A stretch of DNA of 64,000 nucleotides, taken from contig CAZACW010000007.1 of NCBI GenBank assembly GCA_964483785.1, positions 375 through 64,374 on the forward strand, in the 5' to 3' direction. The first letter of the stretch is position 1. Each line of letters opens with the position of its first letter. The DNA comes from an uncultured Planctomycetales bacterium (GTDB lineage: Bacteria; Omnitrophota; Gorgyraeia; Zapsychrales; Fredricksoniimonadaceae). Below are positions 48,870-61,201 of the stretch, piece by piece. A model generated the notes under the pieces. The model was not told the origin of the DNA and made no database searches. It saw only the letters and a list, made by a program, of their open reading frames with translations. The translations under genes were made by a program, and so were the position numbers.

Positions 48870-49040
48870 TTGATGTGGATAAGGCCTTGGGCTTATCCAA
48901 GGGTTATCCACAACTGTTAATAGCTCTAACCGTATTCAAATAATCAGGTTTTGTTCTTAATTCAACTTATCCACAGGCCCTATTACAATTTCTACTGATT
49001 GGCCCAAGGGCTTCCAAAATCATATTAGGCAAAGGTTGTG
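48870..49040. other. oriC (dnaA-dnaN intergenic region)
   Basis: DnaA boxes TGTGGATAA 48874, TTATCCAAG 48893, TTATCCACA 48904 and 48967; the last is followed by GGCCC and TAT/TAC-like triplets. Confidence 0.85.
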
Positions 49041-49043
49041 CAT

Positions 49044-50132
49044 ATGAAAATCAAGTCGAATAAAGAAGAACTTCAGGCCGCCATCGCAACGGTCAGCAAT
49101 ATCGTTTCGCCCAAAACCACCTTACCTATATTATCCAACATGCTCTTGGAGACGCATAACAGCGCTTTAAAGCTCAACACCACGGATTTGGACATCGGGA
49201 TATCTTGTGAATTGCCTGTGCATGTGTATGAACAAGGGGCGATCACGATTCCGGCCAAGCGTTTCAGCGATATTGTGCGGGAACTGCCGGCCGGCGATGT
49301 GGTGATTTCCGCGCGCAAGAACAATCAGATTGAAATCGAAGGCCTAAACTGCAGTTTTAAACTCAACGGCCTGCCTAAAGAGGAGTTTCCCAAATTCCCG
49401 GAGTTTAAAGACAAGGACGCGGTGTTGATCAAACAGGCGGACTTAAAAGAGATGATCCGCTTGACCAGTTTCGCGGTCTCCTATGAGGAATCCCGCTATG
49501 TTTTAAACGGGATTCTGCTGGAAGTGGCAGGGGAGGTGGCGCGCATGGTCGCCACCGACGGAAGGCGCCTGGCCAAGATGGAAAGAAAACTACTGCACCC
49601 CGCGCACAAGGAATTCCATATCATCATCCCGATCAAGGCCATCCATGAAATCAACCGCAATTTGAAGGACGAGGGGCAGGTGAGCATCATCAACGGCACG
49701 ACCCAAGTCCTGTTTAATATTGACGGGGTCTTAATCGCCACCCGCATCATCGAAGGGGAGTTTCCCAATTACAAGCAGGTGATCCCTAAGGAAATCCCGC
49801 ACAAGGTGAGGCTTAAAACCGCGCATCATCTCTCCGCGATCCGCCGGGCCAATCTGCTTTCGACCCCGGATTTTCAGGCGGTGAAATTCGAACTTTTCAA
49901 GGACAAGCTGGTGATTTCCAAATCGACACCGGATATCGGCGAGCACCGGGAAGAAATCGACATCGCTTACGGGCACCAGGAGCTGATCGCCGGGTTTAAC
50001 CCGCAGTTTTTCATCGATGTCTTAAAGCAGCTGCCGCAGGATGAGATTGAACTGGAATTTTTAGGGCCCGACAAGCCGTGCGTCCTGCGCACGCCGGACT
50101 ATTTGTACCTGGCCCTGCCCATGAGGCTTTAA
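49044..50132 (+). CDS. dnaN: DNA polymerase III beta clamp
   Basis: LPILSN, VATDGRRLA, GEFPNYKQVIP, LPMRL. Confidence 0.97.
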   Translation: MKIKSNKEELQAAIATVSNIVSPKTTLPILSNMLLETHNSALKLNTTDLDIGISCELPVHVYEQGAITIPAKRFSDIVRELPAGDVVISARKNNQIEIEGLNCSFKLNGLPKEEFPKFPEFKDKDAVLIKQADLKEMIRLTSFAVSYEESRYVLNGILLEVAGEVARMVATDGRRLAKMERKLLHPAHKEFHIIIPIKAIHEINRNLKDEGQVSIINGTTQVLFNIDGVLIATRIIEGEFPNYKQVIPKEIPHKVRLKTAHHLSAIRRANLLSTPDFQAVKFELFKDKLVISKSTPDIGEHREEIDIAYGHQELIAGFNPQFFIDVLKQLPQDEIELEFLGPDKPCVLRTPDYLYLALPMRL

Positions 50133-50150
50133 GATCAAGGGGAGGCGGCC

Positions 50151-52891
<2,741 letters not shown>

Positions 52892-52913
52892 ACTGTAGAA
52901 AGGCCTTATTGTC

Positions 52914-55370
52914 ATGTCACGCGATTTGAACAAAAAAGAACGGGTGATCCCGGTCTATATCGAAGAGGAAATGAAGAATTCCTACCTGTCCTATTCCATG
53001 TCCGTGATCGTGGGCCGCGCCCTGCCGGACGTGCGCGACGGCCTCAAGCCCGTGCACCGGCGCATCCTCTTTGCCATGAAGGAGCTCAATCTCGAGCACA
53101 ACAAGCCCTACAAGAAAAGCGCGCGTATCGTCGGGGAAGTGCTGGGCAAATACCATCCCCACGGGGACTCCGCGGTCTATGACACCATGGTGCGCATGGT
53201 GCAGGACTTTTCCCTGCGCTATCCTTTGATCGACGGCCAGGGCAATTTCGGCTCCATCGACGGCGACGCGGCCGCGGCCATGCGTTACACCGAGGCCAGG
53301 ATGGATGCCGTGGCCGAGGAAATGCTCAATGATATCGAGAAGCAGACCGTTGATTTCAGCCCCAATTTCGACGGGTCCTTGGAAGAGCCCGACATCCTGC
53401 CGGCCATGATCCCCAATCTTTTGGTCAACGGCTCCTCCGGGATCGCCGTGGGCATGGCCACCAACATGGCCCCGCACAATCTGGGCGAGATCACAGACGG
53501 CCTGGTGTTTCTGCTGGATAATCCCGAGGCCACGATCAAGGAATTGATGAAATGCGTCAAGGGGCCGGATTTCCCGACGGCAGGCATCATCTGCGGCCGG
53601 GAGGGCTTTACCGACGCCTACAATACCGGCCGCGGCAAGGTGATCCTGCGGGCCCGGGCCAGCATCGAGCAGCAGAAGAGCAACAAGGAAGCGATCATCA
53701 TCACCGAGATCCCCTATCAGGTCAACAAGGCCAATCTGATTTTAAACATCGCGGACTTGGTGCAGAACAAGCAGGTGGACGGGATCACGGACATCCGCGA
53801 CGAGAGCGACAAGGACGGCATCCGGGTGGTGATCGAACTGCGGCGCGACGTGGACGCGAATATTGTCCTCAACTACCTTTTCAAGCACACCCAGATGGAG
53901 ATCACCTTCGGGATCATCAACCTGGCCTTGGTCAACAAGTCCCCTAAGGTCCTGAATTTGAAGCAATTGATGCACCATTACCTCGTCCACCGGCGGGTGG
54001 TGATCCGCCGGCGCACCCAATTTGATTTGGACAAGGCCCTGCGCCGCGCCCATATCCTGGAGGGCTTAAGGATCGCCTTTAAGCACCTGGATGAGATCAT
54101 CAAGACCATCCGCGCTTCCAAGACCACGGCCGACGCCAAGGAAGCCCTGATGAAGAAATTCGAACTCACCGAGGCGCAGGCCGTGGCCATCCTGGAGATG
54201 CAGCTGCAGCGCCTGGCCGCCCTGGAGCGCGACAAGATCGAGGCGGAATACCAGCAGCTCTTGAAGGACATCGATAATTTCCGCGCGATTTTGGCCTCGG
54301 AGAAAAGGGTGGACGGCCTCATCAAGGAAGAGCTGGAGGAGATCAAGAAAAAATATGCCGATGAGCGCCGCACGGAAATCGCGGCCAAGGCCGAGGACAT
54401 CGCCATCGAGGACATGATCGCCGAGGAGGACATGGCCATCACCATCAGCAACAAGGGCTATGTCAAGCGCCTGGCCGTGGACAGCTACCGCTCCCAGAAG
54501 CGCGGGGGCAAGGGGGTCACGGCCATGACCACCTCCGACGAGGACTTTGTGGAGCGCATGTTTGTGGCCTCGTCCAAGGACTTTTTGTTGATATTCTCGA
54601 ATTTGGGCGCCGTGCGCTGGCTCAAAGTTTATGAAATCCCGGTGGCTTCGCGCACCGCCAAGGGCAAGGCCATCGTGAATTTGCTGTCGTTCAAGCCCGA
54701 GGAGAAGATCAGCGCCATCGTGGCGGTGAAGGAATTCAGGGAAGACCAATTCCTGGTCTTTGCCACCAAACAGGGCCTGGTCAAGAAGACCAAGGTCTCT
54801 GCCTACAACAACCCCCGCAAAGGCGGCATCGTCGGCATAGGCCTGGAGCCTAAGGATGAGCTCATCGGTGTTGCTTTAAGCAACGGCAAGGAAGATGTGC
54901 TGCTGGCCACGCGCGAGGGCATTTCCTTGAGATTTCCCGAGAAGCAGCTGCGCGAGATGGGGCGTTCGGCCAAGGGAGTGCGCGGCATCAACCTGGAAAA
55001 GGGCGACTTTGTCGTGGGCATGCTGGTTTTTGCGCCGGACGTGGACAAGACCGGCGCCAAACTGCTCTCCGTCTGTGAATTGGGCTTTGCCAAGCGCTCG
55101 GACTTTACCGAGTACCGTACCCAGGCGCGCGGGGGCAAGGGGATCATCAACGTCAAGATCACCGAGAAAAACGGCAGCGTGGTGGGCGTGATGGCTGTTT
55201 CCGACGGGGATGAGATCATGGCCGTGACCAAGAAAGGCATGGTGGTGCGCTCCTCGCCGGCCGAGATCCGCGAGACCGGCCGCAGCGCCGTGGGCGTACG
55301 CCTGATTTCCATGGAGTCCGGGGACAAGGTCTCCTCCATCGCCCACGTCGTCAGCCACGAAGAAGAATAG
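52914..55370 (+). CDS. gyrA: DNA gyrase subunit A
   Basis: [22 protein letters not shown], GyrA-box QKRGGKG. Confidence 0.98.
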   Translation: MSRDLNKKERVIPVYIEEEMKNSYLSYSMSVIVGRALPDVRDGLKPVHRRILFAMKELNLEHNKPYKKSARIVGEVLGKYHPHGDSAVYDTMVRMVQDFSLRYPLIDGQGNFGSIDGDAAAAMRYTEARMDAVAEEMLNDIEKQTVDFSPNFDGSLEEPDILPAMIPNLLVNGSSGIAVGMATNMAPHNLGEITDGLVFLLDNPEATIKELMKCVKGPDFPTAGIICGREGFTDAYNTGRGKVILRARASIEQQKSNKEAIIITEIPYQVNKANLILNIADLVQNKQVDGITDIRDESDKDGIRVVIELRRDVDANIVLNYLFKHTQMEITFGIINLALVNKSPKVLNLKQLMHHYLVHRRVVIRRRTQFDLDKALRRAHILEGLRIAFKHLDEIIKTIRASKTTADAKEALMKKFELTEAQAVAILEMQLQRLAALERDKIEAEYQQLLKDIDNFRAILASEKRVDGLIKEELEEIKKKYADERRTEIAAKAEDIAIEDMIAEEDMAITISNKGYVKRLAVDSYRSQKRGGKGVTAMTTSDEDFVERMFVASSKDFLLIFSNLGAVRWLKVYEIPVASRTAKGKAIVNLLSFKPEEKISAIVAVKEFREDQFLVFATKQGLVKKTKVSAYNNPRKGGIVGIGLEPKDELIGVALSNGKEDVLLATREGISLRFPEKQLREMGRSAKGVRGINLEKGDFVVGMLVFAPDVDKTGAKLLSVCELGFAKRSDFTEYRTQARGGKGIINVKITEKNGSVVGVMAVSDGDEIMAVTKKGMVVRSSPAEIRETGRSAVGVRLISMESGDKVSSIAHVVSHEEE

Positions 55371-55430
55371 TTTCAACTTGACGAAAAGGGCCGCCGTCCT
55401 ATAATAGCGGATTCCATCCGCAATTTTTTA

Positions 55431-55504
55431 GACCCCATCGTCTAGCCTGGTCAGGACACGAGCTTTTCAAGCTCGCAGCACGGGTTCAAATCCCGTTGGG
55501 GTCG
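55431..55504 (+). tRNA. tRNA-Glu (TTC)
   Basis: CGAGC-TTTTCAA-GCTCG anticodon arm, GGTTCAAATCC T arm; no CCA encoded. Confidence 0.95.
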
Positions 55505-55670
55505 TTAATTTTGAAAGGGCATTTTGCCCTTTCAAAATTAATAACCGCCTTCGCGTTTGAAGCTCTCAGACGAGTCAGATGCGGGAGGGTTGACGAGCAA
55601 GAGAGCGTTCACTGAAGCCTTTTCCCGTTGGGGTCGTTAATTTTGAAAGGGCATTTGCCCTTTCAAAATT
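55491..55670 (+). repeat. Direct duplication of the tRNA-Glu 3' end plus terminator-like hairpin
   Basis: TCCCGTTGGGGTCGTTAATTTTGAAAGGGCATTT(T)GCCCTTTCAAAATT at 55491-55539 and 55623-55670. Confidence 0.9.
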
Positions 55671-55682
55671 GAGGAGGGCAAC

Positions 55683-56330
55683 ATGCTTACCATCTACGGT
55701 TCCGACCTTTCCGGCCCAGCCATCAAGGTCCGCTTGACCGCCGCTTATTTAGGGATTGCCCACCAATGGCAGGTCCTCAATCTGCGCGAGGGCGAGCATA
55801 AGCAGGAATGGTTTTTAAAGATCAATCCCGCGGGCAAGATCCCGGCCATCGACGACGACGGCTTCCGCCTGTTTGAAAGCAATGCCATCTGCCGCTATTT
55901 GTGCGACAAGCACAACGCGCCCCTTTACCCCAAGGAGACCAGGCCGCGCGCCGTCATTGACCAATGGATCGATTTTATTTCTTTTCATATAGGCGCCAAT
56001 TTCATGCCCATTGTCTACAACCGGGTCTTTGCCCCGCGCCGCGGCCTGCCGGTCAATGCAGCCGCCATTGCCGACGGAGAAAAATTTCTCAAACAATATT
56101 TTCCGGTCATTGAACAACAGCTGGAGGGGCATCGCATGATCGCCGGGGACGAGCTGAGCCTGGCGGATATCATCCTTTTGGCCCTGCTCGAGCCTGCGGA
56201 GATGGCCCAATACGATCTTTGCGCCTACCCCAAGCTCTCGGCCTGGCGCGCTTTTTTAAAGAAACAGCCGTTTTATACCAGCTGTTATAAGGAATACGGG
56301 GAGATTTTAAAAACCCCTGCGGCGCGCTGA
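55683..56330 (+). CDS. Glutathione S-transferase family protein
   Basis: INPAGKIPAI, LFESNAICRYL, SLADI. Confidence 0.93.
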   Translation: MLTIYGSDLSGPAIKVRLTAAYLGIAHQWQVLNLREGEHKQEWFLKINPAGKIPAIDDDGFRLFESNAICRYLCDKHNAPLYPKETRPRAVIDQWIDFISFHIGANFMPIVYNRVFAPRRGLPVNAAAIADGEKFLKQYFPVIEQQLEGHRMIAGDELSLADIILLALLEPAEMAQYDLCAYPKLSAWRAFLKKQPFYTSCYKEYGEILKTPAAR

Positions 56331-56342
56331 TCAAACCGTGCG

Positions 56343-57158
56343 ATGACCAAGACACCAGGAATTTTGAAAATTGCCCTTTTGCAGTTTAGCGCCGGGACGG
56401 ACAAAGGTTCGAATCTCAAGACCGCCCTGGCGCTGACACAGGAGGCCCTGGCCAAGGGCGCCCAAGGCGTTCTGCTTCCGGAAGTTTTTAATTTTCGGGG
56501 CGATGCGAAGGACCAAGAAGCTTTTCGCGCGGCCAGGGAAAATATACCAGGCCCGACGGTGGAAGCCTTCCGGCCCCTGGCCCGGCGCGCCAAGGCCTTT
56601 ATTTTGCTGGGCTCCCTGCTGGAGCGCGCGCCCCAAGGCCTTGCCTATAACACGTCGGTATTCCTGGATGGCTGCGGGCAGATCCAGGCCCGGTACCGCA
56701 AAATCCATTTATTCGATGCCCGGCTGGCGGATAAGATCATCCGGGAAGCAGAGCTCATGAAGGCAGGGCAGCGTCCGGCCTTGGCCAGGGCAGGGGCCTT
56801 TACCTTCGGCCTTTCCGTCTGCTATGATCTGCGTTTTCCTGATCTTTACCAGCGCTATGCGCGCCAAGGGGCAAAGGTCTTGACGGTCCCGTCGTGTTTT
56901 ACCCGCAAAACCGGCGAGGCGCATTGGGAGCCCCTGCTGCGGGCCCGCGCCATTGAAAATTTGTCCTATGTGCTGGCGCCGGCCCAGGTCGGCACAGACC
57001 GCCGGGGCATCCAGGCCCATGGCCACAGCATGATTGTCGCGCCGTGGGGGGAGATCATCGCTGAAGGCAGCGGCGATCGGGAAGAGATCATTTTCGGTCA
57101 AATCGAGATGGAAGAAGTGCAGAAAGCCAGAAAGGCCTTGCCGGGCGTCTTAAAATAG
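56343..57158 (+). CDS. Carbon-nitrogen hydrolase (Nit1/deaminated glutathione amidase-like)
   Basis: LPE, YRKIHLFD, CYDLRFP, RARAIEN. Confidence 0.92.
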   Translation: MTKTPGILKIALLQFSAGTDKGSNLKTALALTQEALAKGAQGVLLPEVFNFRGDAKDQEAFRAARENIPGPTVEAFRPLARRAKAFILLGSLLERAPQGLAYNTSVFLDGCGQIQARYRKIHLFDARLADKIIREAELMKAGQRPALARAGAFTFGLSVCYDLRFPDLYQRYARQGAKVLTVPSCFTRKTGEAHWEPLLRARAIENLSYVLAPAQVGTDRRGIQAHGHSMIVAPWGEIIAEGSGDREEIIFGQIEMEEVQKARKALPGVLK

Positions 57159-57219
57159 GGGACAGCGCCCTATTTTTCAGCATGACGTGAAATAAAAATA
57201 GGGCGCTGTCCCCTATTTT
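57152..57219. repeat. Family B inverted repeat, copy 2
   Basis: AAAATAGGGGACAGCGCCCTATTTTT-16nt-AAAAATAGGGCGCTGTCCCCTATTTT; contains the stop of the nitrilase gene. Confidence 0.95.
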
Positions 57220-57342
57220 TAAGCCCGCCGGCCAGACGGCTGTTTCCGCTGAGCTTATGGCCCATCCCTAATTTGTATTGAAGCTCATATTAGCCGCGGT
57301 TATAATCATTTAAACATAAATTGGTTGTAAATGAGGTGGCGG

Positions 57343-57837
57343 ATGTTTTACGGAGAAGCATTCAAGGCGTTAAATAAAGCCAAGGTGAAGTATGTCGTTG
57401 CCGGAGGGGTGGCCGTTGTTTTATACGGATATACACGCAATACCGGTGATTTGGATTTAATTGTTTTTTTAGAAGAAAAAAATTTAAAGAAATTATATGA
57501 TGCTTTAAAATCGGTGGGTTATTTGCCCAAAGTCCCTGTTACTCAAGAACAATTTTGTGATGCAAAACTGCGCCATGATTGGAAAAAAACAAAGGGGATG
57601 ATCGTATTTTCATTTGTAGATAAAAATCCTCCATTCCAATTAATTGATATGTTTGTCGATGAACCCATAGACTTTAGAGAACTTTATAAAAAGAAGAAAG
57701 TCATAACGGTAGAAGGGGTTTCTATCCCACTCATTAATATCAATCATCTTATTAAGCTTAAAAAAAAGGCCGGCCGCTTTAAAGATTTAGATGACGTTCT
57801 TCAATTAAATGAAATCAAACGGCTCCAGAAAATATGA
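57343..57837 (+). CDS. Nucleotidyltransferase-fold protein (AT-rich accessory gene)
   Basis: VAGGVAVVLYG..RNTGDLDL...LIKLKKKAGRFKDLDD. Confidence 0.85.
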   Translation: MFYGEAFKALNKAKVKYVVAGGVAVVLYGYTRNTGDLDLIVFLEEKNLKKLYDALKSVGYLPKVPVTQEQFCDAKLRHDWKKTKGMIVFSFVDKNPPFQLIDMFVDEPIDFRELYKKKKVITVEGVSIPLININHLIKLKKKAGRFKDLDDVLQLNEIKRLQKI

Positions 57838-58001
57838 AAGCCATTAAAGTTAAAAAGAGAAACCCCAATATTTATGAACATCTGGAACATTACGTCAAGC
57901 ATACGACCTATGCTCAACGCCTGCAATGGCTGGAACAAGCCAATGCATTTGTCCGCATGATTGGGCGCAAGCGCAAAAAAGGGACCTTGTTTGCAGATTG
58001 A
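57834..58001 (+). CDS. Small 55-aa partner protein of the nucleotidyltransferase
   Basis: ATGA overlap; MKAIKVKKRNPNIYEHLEHYVKHTTYAQRLQWLEQANAFVRMIGRKRKKGTLFAD. Confidence 0.6.
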   Translation: MKAIKVKKRNPNIYEHLEHYVKHTTYAQRLQWLEQANAFVRMIGRKRKKGTLFAD

Positions 58002-58009
58002 ATGCGGGC

Positions 58010-58150
58010 AGATTAAAGGCCAAGAAGGGTTCGGGGAAGGCGATTATAGCGACGGCACGTAAATGGTTAGGAATTATTTACAACACCCTTAAGAATAAGT
58101 GGGTGTTTGAAGACGTTGCAAGTTATAAACTGGCGCCGCAGTGCGCTTAA
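58010..58150 (+). pseudogene. IS110-family transposase C-terminal remnant
   Basis: RLKAKKGSGKAIIATARKWLGIIYNTLKNKWVFED resembles the IS110 C-terminal AxxAxARK helix. Confidence 0.6.
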
Positions 58151-58200
58151 TAACATCAGTTGAGTAGAATCAATTTTTTTTTAATATCTTAGGAGGGAGC

Positions 58201-59181
58201 ATGTCCAATCGCATCAAGGTCGCTGTCACCGGTGCCGCGGGCCAGATCGGCTACGCGCTTTTGTTTCGCATCGCCGCCGGAGAAATGTTCGGGCCTGACA
58301 CCCAAATCGATTTAAGCCTGCTCGAATTAGAGAAGGCCCTGCCGGCCTTAAGCGGGGTGGTGATGGAGCTTAACGATTGCGCCTTTCCCTTGCTGCGCTC
58401 GGTCGCCCTTTTTTCAGACCCTAACGCGGCGTTTCAGGATTTGGACTGGGCCCTTTTGATCGGCAGCGTGCCCCGCAAGGAGGGGATGGAGCGCAGCGAC
58501 CTTTTAAAGATCAACGGCGGGGTCTTTACCGTGCAGGGCCGGGCCCTTTCTGCACACGCCAAGCCCGGCTGCAAGGTCCTGGTGGTGGGCAATCCCTGCA
58601 ACACCAACGCCTATATCGCCAAAAGCGTCTGCAAGAATATCCCCCCTCAAAATTTTTTCGCCATGACCATGCTCGACGAGAACCGTGCCCGCACCCAGCT
58701 GGCGCAAAAAGCCAAGGCCCCGGTCAGCGGTGTTAAGAATGTGGCCATCTGGGGCAATCATTCCGCGACCCAATATCCGGATTTTTACAACGCGGCCATC
58801 AACGGCCGCCCGGCCATGGACAGCATCAAGGACGAGGCCTGGCTGCAGGGCCCCTTCATTGAGACCGTGCAAAAACGGGGGGCCGCAGTGATCAAGGCCC
58901 GCGGCCTTTCTTCCGTCGCTTCGGCCGCAAACGCAGTGGTCGATACCGTCCGCCGCATCATCACCCCCACCCCCGCAGGAGAATTTTTTTCAGCGGCAGT
59001 TTGTTCCGATGGCAGTTACGGCATTGAGCCGGGCCTGATCTTCGGCTTTCCGGTGCGCTCCAACGGCCGGGAATGCGCCATTGTCCAGGGGATCAAGCAT
59101 AATGCCTTTGCCCAGGCCAAAATCAAGGCCACCTATGATGAACTGCTCGCGGAAAAGCAGGCCGTCGCTGAAATAATTTGA
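58201..59181 (+). CDS. mdh: Malate dehydrogenase
   Basis: [30 protein letters not shown]. Confidence 0.96.
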   Translation: MSNRIKVAVTGAAGQIGYALLFRIAAGEMFGPDTQIDLSLLELEKALPALSGVVMELNDCAFPLLRSVALFSDPNAAFQDLDWALLIGSVPRKEGMERSDLLKINGGVFTVQGRALSAHAKPGCKVLVVGNPCNTNAYIAKSVCKNIPPQNFFAMTMLDENRARTQLAQKAKAPVSGVKNVAIWGNHSATQYPDFYNAAINGRPAMDSIKDEAWLQGPFIETVQKRGAAVIKARGLSSVASAANAVVDTVRRIITPTPAGEFFSAAVCSDGSYGIEPGLIFGFPVRSNGRECAIVQGIKHNAFAQAKIKATYDELLAEKQAVAEII

Positions 59182-59348
59182 CTTTTTATTGACCCTCACA
59201 AAATCTTCATATATCATTTTATCTATTGGGCGAGAATAAGTTACGATACAAATTTGAAGAATTTACAAGGAAAAATCAGGGCCGCGGCTTGTTTTTTTGC
59301 AATTGGCCGTATATACTTTAATAGATTTTTTATCATAGGGAGAGTTTT

Positions 59349-60320
59349 ATGAAAATGTCTGGCTTGTCAGGTTTAGCCTTGTTTTCTTTGTTTCTAGTTT
59401 GTGTCAGTATTGCCGGCTGTGATTGGCTGGGCTTAGGCTCCAAAAAACAGGACAATGCCCAAAGCCAGCCTGCCGCTTCACCCACTGCGCCCGCCGCCCC
59501 CGCGCCTGCCGTTCAAAATATTTCAGACAACAGCGGTCCCTTGCCCGGCAATGCCCTGGTGCGCATCGGCAAATGGACCTTGACCGCCGAAGAATTCAAT
59601 GACCGTGTCGCCCTTTTAAAACAGCAGCTGCCGGATTTCAAGGCAGACGATGCCAACAGCAAAAAGGCCGTCCTGGAAGAACTGGTCCGCCAGCAATTAT
59701 TGGTGGATGACGCCGAGAATTCCGGCCTGGCGGATACAAAGGAAGTGAAGGACGCTGTGGAGGATTTCCGCAAGACCCTGCTCGTGCAGGAATTGGCCGG
59801 CAAGCTCACCAAGGAAATCGCAGCCACCGAGGACGATGCCCGCGTGTATTATGACGCGAACAAGTCCAAATTTGCCGAACCGGTCAAATGGAGCGTGCGC
59901 GAGATCATCGTGGCGGATGAGGCCACGGCCAAGGGCCTGCTGGTGCAGATTTTGCAGGGCGCTGATTTTGCCCAGCTCGCCCAGGCCCAGTCCAAGGGGG
60001 CCACGGCCGCCGACGGCGGGAAGCTGAAACCTTTCACCAGCGCCAAAGCGCCGTTTGAAGCCATGGATACCGCGATCGCTAATTTGGAAGAAGGCGGCGT
60101 CAGCGCCGCGTTTAAGGGGCCGCAAGGCTATTACATCGTAAAGGTCGATTCTAAAACAGGCGGCATGGTCAAGTCCTTCGCGGAAATCAAGAAGGACCTG
60201 ATTTATGGGTTGACCCTGCAGAAACAGCAGGAGAAGATCCTCAGCCACCTGAGAGACTTGGCGCAGAAGGACAAGCCGGAGTATAACCAGGACTTGATCG
60301 TCCAAGTCGTCGGTAAATGA
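59349..60320 (+). CDS. PpiC-type peptidyl-prolyl isomerase lipoprotein
   Basis: Lipobox IAGC, SurA-like N-terminal region, GADFAQLA...GGKL...GYYIVKV. Confidence 0.85.
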   Translation: MKMSGLSGLALFSLFLVCVSIAGCDWLGLGSKKQDNAQSQPAASPTAPAAPAPAVQNISDNSGPLPGNALVRIGKWTLTAEEFNDRVALLKQQLPDFKADDANSKKAVLEELVRQQLLVDDAENSGLADTKEVKDAVEDFRKTLLVQELAGKLTKEIAATEDDARVYYDANKSKFAEPVKWSVREIIVADEATAKGLLVQILQGADFAQLAQAQSKGATAADGGKLKPFTSAKAPFEAMDTAIANLEEGGVSAAFKGPQGYYIVKVDSKTGGMVKSFAEIKKDLIYGLTLQKQQEKILSHLRDLAQKDKPEYNQDLIVQVVGK

Positions 60321-60341
60321 GAATACACACTGGAGGGTCCA

Positions 60342-61196
60342 TTGCCTCTCGAGAATAGAAAACAGATCATCATCATCGCCGGTGCCGTGATCGCCGGCGT
60401 TGTGGCGGTTTTTTTGACCAGCAATTATGTCAGGGTCAGCATCCAGAAACAGACCGCGACCCTGGCCGAGCATTATGACGCCAAGCAAAAGGCGGCCATG
60501 GGCCAATTGGAACAGAAGAGCGCAATGCAGATGGCGGCCCTGGCGCAGGAACTGCAGCGCGTGAAGACCGAACAGGCCCAGGACACCAAACGCCAGATCG
60601 ATTCCATGAAGGCGGCCCTGGAGCAGGCCGAGGCGCGCGCCCGCCAGCCTGTGGTGGTGGCGCCTGTCAAGGTCCGCAAGCCGTCCTTGGCCTTAAAGAC
60701 GCCCGCGGGCAAACGCGCGGTGACCGTGATGATCAGTTCCCTGGAAGCCGTGGGCGGCCTGCTTAATCCCGGAGATTTTGTGGACGTGATCGCCCAGCTG
60801 AGTGTCCCGGCCCAGGATGTGGACAAGAAAAACGTCACGGCGATGATTTTTCAGGGCCTGCAAGTCTTGGCCATCAACACCAATTTGGATGATCCCGGGG
60901 CCTATGACGACCAGCAGGCGGCCCCGGCCTTAAAGATCACCCTGGCGGTGGACCCTCAGGAAGCCGGGCTTTTGTCTTTTGCCAACAAGAACGGTTCCAT
61001 CCAGCTGGCCCTGCGCTCGCCGGATGAGACCGAACATCAAATGGTCAAGGCCTCCACCTGGAAGACCTTGGCGGATTATGTGATGAAAAACCAGGGCGTC
61101 AACATTCAGGACCCCGACGGGGAAAATGCCAACGCCAAACCCATCGAAAACAACAAGCCGGCCATCCAGATCTATAGGGCCGGCAAGGAATTATAG
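60342..61196 (+). CDS. cpaB: Flp pilus assembly protein CpaB/RcpC
   Basis: PAGKRAVTV, VGGLLNPGDFVDVI, VLAI, ITLAV, IQLALRS. Confidence 0.9.
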   Translation: MPLENRKQIIIIAGAVIAGVVAVFLTSNYVRVSIQKQTATLAEHYDAKQKAAMGQLEQKSAMQMAALAQELQRVKTEQAQDTKRQIDSMKAALEQAEARARQPVVVAPVKVRKPSLALKTPAGKRAVTVMISSLEAVGGLLNPGDFVDVIAQLSVPAQDVDKKNVTAMIFQGLQVLAINTNLDDPGAYDDQQAAPALKITLAVDPQEAGLLSFANKNGSIQLALRSPDETEHQMVKASTWKTLADYVMKNQGVNIQDPDGENANAKPIENNKPAIQIYRAGKEL

Positions 61197-61201
61197 ACCC
61201 T

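Noticed and set aside
57926-58150. 74-aa ORF as an intact gene or active IS110
   Set aside because: Only the last ~45 codons resemble a transposase tail; no catalytic domains or element ends are visible
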